NCBI GenBank assembly: GCA_965219345.1
Contig: OZ244732.1
Location: 928,001-992,000, forward strand
Direction: 5' to 3'
Origin: Nitrosopumilus sp.
GTDB taxonomy: Archaea; Thermoproteota; Nitrososphaeria; Nitrososphaerales; Nitrosopumilaceae
Length of the DNA stretch: 64,000 nt
Shown here: in pieces, positions 60,347 through 64,000 of the stretch
Layout of the letters: each line of letters starts with the position of its first letter
Numbering within the stretch: the first letter of the stretch is position 1
Position numbers and translations under genes: made by a program
Notes under the pieces: generated by a model
Databases searched by the model: none
What the model saw: only the letters and a program-made list of their open reading frames with translations
What the model was told of the DNA's origin: nothing

Positions 60347-60389
60347 TTAAGCATACACATTATATTTGGGTTTTAAACGCATTATTCAC

Positions 60390-60737
60390 ATGACAAATCA
60401 AGTAGTTATGCGCATGGCAAGGGATCTAAAAAAGGCATCAATCAAAAATGATGCTCCGATTTGGGCAAAATTGGCAGAATATGCACTCAAGCCATCCATT
60501 GCAAGAAGAGATATCAACTTGAAGAGAATTGGTCAACTAACAAAAGAAAACGATATGGTAGTTTGTCCCGGAAAAGTTCTTGGAACAGGTAATGTTCCTC
60601 ATAAAATCACATTATGCTCATTTTCAATTTCAAATTCTGCTGCAAGTAAAATCATTGATAACGGTGGAAAACTAATTAGTTTTTCAGATCTGATTGAGCA
60701 AAATCCTACTGGAAAAGGAGTGATGTTACTTGGCTAG
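60390..60737 (+). CDS. rpl18e: Ribosomal protein L18e
   Basis: A.IW, PGKVLG.G. Confidence 0.95.
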   Translation: MTNQVVMRMARDLKKASIKNDAPIWAKLAEYALKPSIARRDINLKRIGQLTKENDMVVCPGKVLGTGNVPHKITLCSFSISNSAASKIIDNGGKLISFSDLIEQNPTGKGVMLLG

Positions 60738-61194
60738 TCAAGAGACAGTTGTCAGAACAGATAGACCAATAGTTGTTGATGCAACGGACCATATTGCTGG
60801 AAGATTATCATCAAATGTCGCAAAATTACTAATCCAAGGAAACAGGGTTTCAGTTGTAAATTGTGATAAAATTATGATGAGTGGAACAAGAAGTAATCAA
60901 ATTAAAGAATATAGGGAATTTTTGGAAATTAACAGTATTATTAATCCAAAACATGGGCCTGTCCACTACCGAAGACCTGATACAATTATGGCAAAAATGA
61001 TTCGTGGAATGTTACCATATGATAGAAAACCATCAGGTAAAGAATCACATCAAAGACTGAGAACTTACATTGGTTCGCCAAAAGAATTAAAATCGTTAGA
61101 AAAAATTCAATTCGAAAAAGCAAAAATTAGAAAATCTGCATCAAATTACACTGCGATGGCAGAATTATGCAGAGTAATAGGATGGACTGAATGA
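60730..61194 (+). CDS. rpl13: Ribosomal protein L13
   Basis: VDA....GRLSS, IRGMLP. Confidence 0.95.
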   Translation: MASQETVVRTDRPIVVDATDHIAGRLSSNVAKLLIQGNRVSVVNCDKIMMSGTRSNQIKEYREFLEINSIINPKHGPVHYRRPDTIMAKMIRGMLPYDRKPSGKESHQRLRTYIGSPKELKSLEKIQFEKAKIRKSASNYTAMAELCRVIGWTE

Positions 61195-61640
61195 CAACTC
61201 CAAAAACTGAAATTTATTTTGCAACTAGAAAAACATCTAGTGCACACGTATACATAACAAAAGGACAAGGTAAAGTTAGAATTAACAATGTTCCAGTTGA
61301 GATGATTCCACAAGAAACTGCTCGTGAAGTAATTTTAGCACCATTAGAAATCACAGGTGATTTGAGAGATAAAGTAGACATTTCTGTTAGAGTTAGAGGA
61401 GGAGGTTTTATGGGACAAGCCAGTGCTGTTGCAACTGGAATCTCAAGAGCACTTACAGGATGGACAAAATCCAAAAAAGATCCAAAGGAGCATCCATTCC
61501 CAAAATCTACTAGAGAAGATCTTAGAAAACGAATCACAGAATTTGATAAATATCTAATAAGTGGAGATGCCAGACGAAAAGAACCAAAGAAATTTGGCGG
61601 ACCTGGTGCCAGAAGAAGAAAACAAAAATCATACCGTTAG
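61191..61640 (+). CDS. rps9: Ribosomal protein S9
   Basis: GGGFMGQA, EPKKFGGPGAR...QKSYR. Confidence 0.97.
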   Translation: MTTPKTEIYFATRKTSSAHVYITKGQGKVRINNVPVEMIPQETAREVILAPLEITGDLRDKVDISVRVRGGGFMGQASAVATGISRALTGWTKSKKDPKEHPFPKSTREDLRKRITEFDKYLISGDARRKEPKKFGGPGARRRKQKSYR

Positions 61641-61643
61641 ACT

Positions 61644-62363
61644 GTGAAGGCTATAATTTTGGCAGGCGGCAAGGGAACTAGAGGCAAACCTTACACTGAA
61701 TATTTCCCAAAAGCAATGACTCCCATTAACGGTAAGCCATTGATTGATTATGTGATAAAATACCTAAAATCATTCAGTTTTGTAAGGGAGATTATAATAA
61801 TTTCAGATTTTAGTGGGTTAGGAGGACAAATCAAAAACTATTACGGAAATCAAAAAAATATCACGTTTGTCCAAGATTCACAAAGTGGTACAGGAGGAGA
61901 TCTATTACACATTGAGAAAAAACTCAAAGGTGAATCAGAATTTTTGTTATGGTTTGTAGATAACTTGTGTGCAATAGATCTAAAAAAGATGAAAGAATTT
62001 TTCAGAGAAAAAAATAGTTCTGCATGTGTTGCAACTAGAACAAAAAGAAGCGAAGAGACAGGATTTGCAATTGTAGAAGACGGAATCATAAAAGAGTTCA
62101 AAGAAAAACCAGTTATGAAATTACAGTTATCTGAATGTTTGGGCATTTACATTATTGGAAAAGACATCATTAAACGAATCAAGGCAAAACAAAAACAAAA
62201 TGAGATTAATTTGTCATATGATATTTTACAACAGCTATCAAAAGAAGGAAAAATTAGCGCTTATGACATTGGAGACAAAGAATGGATTGATGTAGAATCG
62301 CCTATGGTTTTAGAAAGAAATGAAAAAATGGTAAAGAAAATCATAAAACAGATGGGACTTTAG
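61644..62363 (+). CDS. Sugar-phosphate nucleotidyltransferase
   Basis: ILAGGKGTR...PK, GTGG, EKP. Confidence 0.9.
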   Translation: MKAIILAGGKGTRGKPYTEYFPKAMTPINGKPLIDYVIKYLKSFSFVREIIIISDFSGLGGQIKNYYGNQKNITFVQDSQSGTGGDLLHIEKKLKGESEFLLWFVDNLCAIDLKKMKEFFREKNSSACVATRTKRSEETGFAIVEDGIIKEFKEKPVMKLQLSECLGIYIIGKDIIKRIKAKQKQNEINLSYDILQQLSKEGKISAYDIGDKEWIDVESPMVLERNEKMVKKIIKQMGL

Positions 62364-62925
62364 ACTCTCTTTCAAATTCAGATATTTTATCTTCAAATTG
62401 TAAAGTTTGTGAAATATCATCCAAACCTTCCAAGAGAATTTTTTTCTTATAAGGATCTATCTCAAATGATATCTCATCAGAAGGAGTTTTGATGATTTGT
62501 TTTTCAAGATCTACACTAATGGTGTCTAATTCTTGTTGTAGTTTCCCAACTGTTTTTTGATCTAATAAAATTGGCAAGAGTCCATTTTTGAAGCAGTTGC
62601 TAAAGAAAATATCTGCAAAAGAAGGGGCAATAACTACCGTAAAACCATAGTCTAAAAGTGCCCAAACTGCATGTTCACGGCTAGAACCACACCCAAAATT
62701 GTCTCCTGTGACTAGAATTTTAGAATCATCATATTTGGAATCATTTAAGATAAAATCAGATTTGGGCATCTCTTTTTCATCATATCTCCAATTATAAAAT
62801 AAAAATTTGCCAAATCCAGATTTTTGAACTAATTTCAAGAACTGTTTTGGAACAAGTTGATCAGTATCTACATTTACTTTATCAAGTGGAGTGACGATAC
62901 TTGTTACTTTTTTAAAAGATTCCAT
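62341..62925 (-). CDS. leuD: 3-isopropylmalate dehydratase small subunit
   Basis: NVDTDQ, NFGCGSSREHA. Confidence 0.97.
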   Translation of the reverse strand: MESFKKVTSIVTPLDKVNVDTDQLVPKQFLKLVQKSGFGKFLFYNWRYDEKEMPKSDFILNDSKYDDSKILVTGDNFGCGSSREHAVWALLDYGFTVVIAPSFADIFFSNCFKNGLLPILLDQKTVGKLQQELDTISVDLEKQIIKTPSDEISFEIDPYKKKILLEGLDDISQTLQFEDKISEFERESKVPSVL

Positions 62926-62926
62926 T

Positions 62927-64000
62927 TTATTTCAAATCCAATTCCCTAACATCTACAAAATGTCCTTTAATTGCAGCAGCAGCTGCCATCACTGGACTAA
63001 CTAAATGAGTTCTTCCACCAGTTCCCTGTCTACCTTCAAAATTTCTGTTGGATGTACTAGCACATCTTTCACCAGGAGATAAAATATCAGGATTCATTCC
63101 AAGACACATACTACATCCAGCTTCTCTCCATTCAAAATTGGCATTAATGAAAATTTTATCAAGACCCATTTCTTCAGCTTGTTTTTTTACCATCTGAGAA
63201 CCTGGAACAACCATAGCTCGAACGTTTGTTGAAATTTTTTGGTCTTTGATTACTTTGGATGCTTCAATAAGATCTTCTATTCTTGCATTGGTACATGAAC
63301 CAATAAACACCCTATCAATTTTGATATCAGTAATTGGAGTTCCTGGTTTAAGGTCCATATAATCAAGTGCTTTTTCAGCTCCTTTCTTTTGATTAGGATC
63401 ACCATTTGAGAATTCATCAGGAGATGGAACTGATTCAGTTACATCACAAGTCATTCCAGGATTTGTACCCCAACTAACTTGAGGTGCAATATTATCTATA
63501 TGCAAAGTAAATTGTTTTTCAAATTTTGCATCACTATCTGTGTTTAGATGTTCCTTCCAATAATCTACAAGAGATTCATAGTTTTTTGGGGTGTATTGCT
63601 TCCCTCTAAGATAATCAAAAGTATGCTCATCAGGTGCAATTAGTCCTGCACGTGCTCCAGCCTCAATTGACATGTTGCAAATAGTCATTCTTTGCTCCAT
63701 GGATAAATCAGTGATTCCTTGACCACGATATTCAATTACAGTGCCAGTTCCGCCTCCAGTTCCTATATTTTTGATAATTGAGAGTACGATATCCTTGGCA
63801 GTAACTGAATGAGGATTCTTTCTTTTTCCTTCTATTCTAATTTCAAATGGTTTTGGTTTTTCTAGCCATAGAGTTTGAGATGCCAATACATGCTCAACAT
63901 CACTAGTTCCAATTCCAAAAGCTAATGCTCCAAAAGCACCATGAGTTGATGTATGACTATCGCCACAAACAATTGTAGAGCCAGGTAAAGTGATTCCTAA
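62927..64000 (-). CDS. leuC: 3-isopropylmalate dehydratase large subunit (5' partial)
   Basis: [28 protein letters not shown]; open to the window edge. Confidence 0.98.
   Translation of the reverse strand, partial: LGITLPGSTIVCGDSHTSTHGAFGALAFGIGTSDVEHVLASQTLWLEKPKPFEIRIEGKRKNPHSVTAKDIVLSIIKNIGTGGGTGTVIEYRGQGITDLSMEQRMTICNMSIEAGARAGLIAPDEHTFDYLRGKQYTPKNYESLVDYWKEHLNTDSDAKFEKQFTLHIDNIAPQVSWGTNPGMTCDVTESVPSPDEFSNGDPNQKKGAEKALDYMDLKPGTPITDIKIDRVFIGSCTNARIEDLIEASKVIKDQKISTNVRAMVVPGSQMVKKQAEEMGLDKIFINANFEWREAGCSMCLGMNPDILSPGERCASTSNRNFEGRQGTGGRTHLVSPVMAAAAAIKGHFVDVRELDLK

Overview
AT-rich archaeal chromosome segment, most likely Nitrosopumilus-like Thaumarchaeota (fused RpoA'/A'', PEFG-CTERM and CFI-box proteins). 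Core blocks: larB/mdh/larC/larE/iscS, four PEFG-CTERM genes, rpoH-rpoB-rpoA, rpl30e-nusA-rps12-rps7, endA, rpl10e, the exosome cluster, rpoD-rpl18e-rpl13-rps9, leuD/leuC, tRNA-Gln(CTG, intron) and tRNA-Gly(GCC). Three accessory regions interrupt them: 1-3.9 kb (tyrosine recombinase-HNH fusion, AbiE-like pair, IS5), 23.2-26.2 kb (nuclease/PIN/AbrB genes and remnants) and about 36-43.5 kb (EEP nuclease, IS remnants, two GC-rich IS). The most striking signal is two 89-nt tRNA genes (23659-23747 minus, 41888-41976 plus). They differ in sequence but share the same architecture: an Ile anticodon (GAT) on a long-variable-arm, G73, serine-type body, each with a TATA box upstream. Also notable is a 37-bp/34-bp/37-bp repeat-insert-repeat inside a transposase remnant, resembling an ectopic Cas1-Cas2 spacer integration. 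All calls come from reading motifs by eye; no searches were run.
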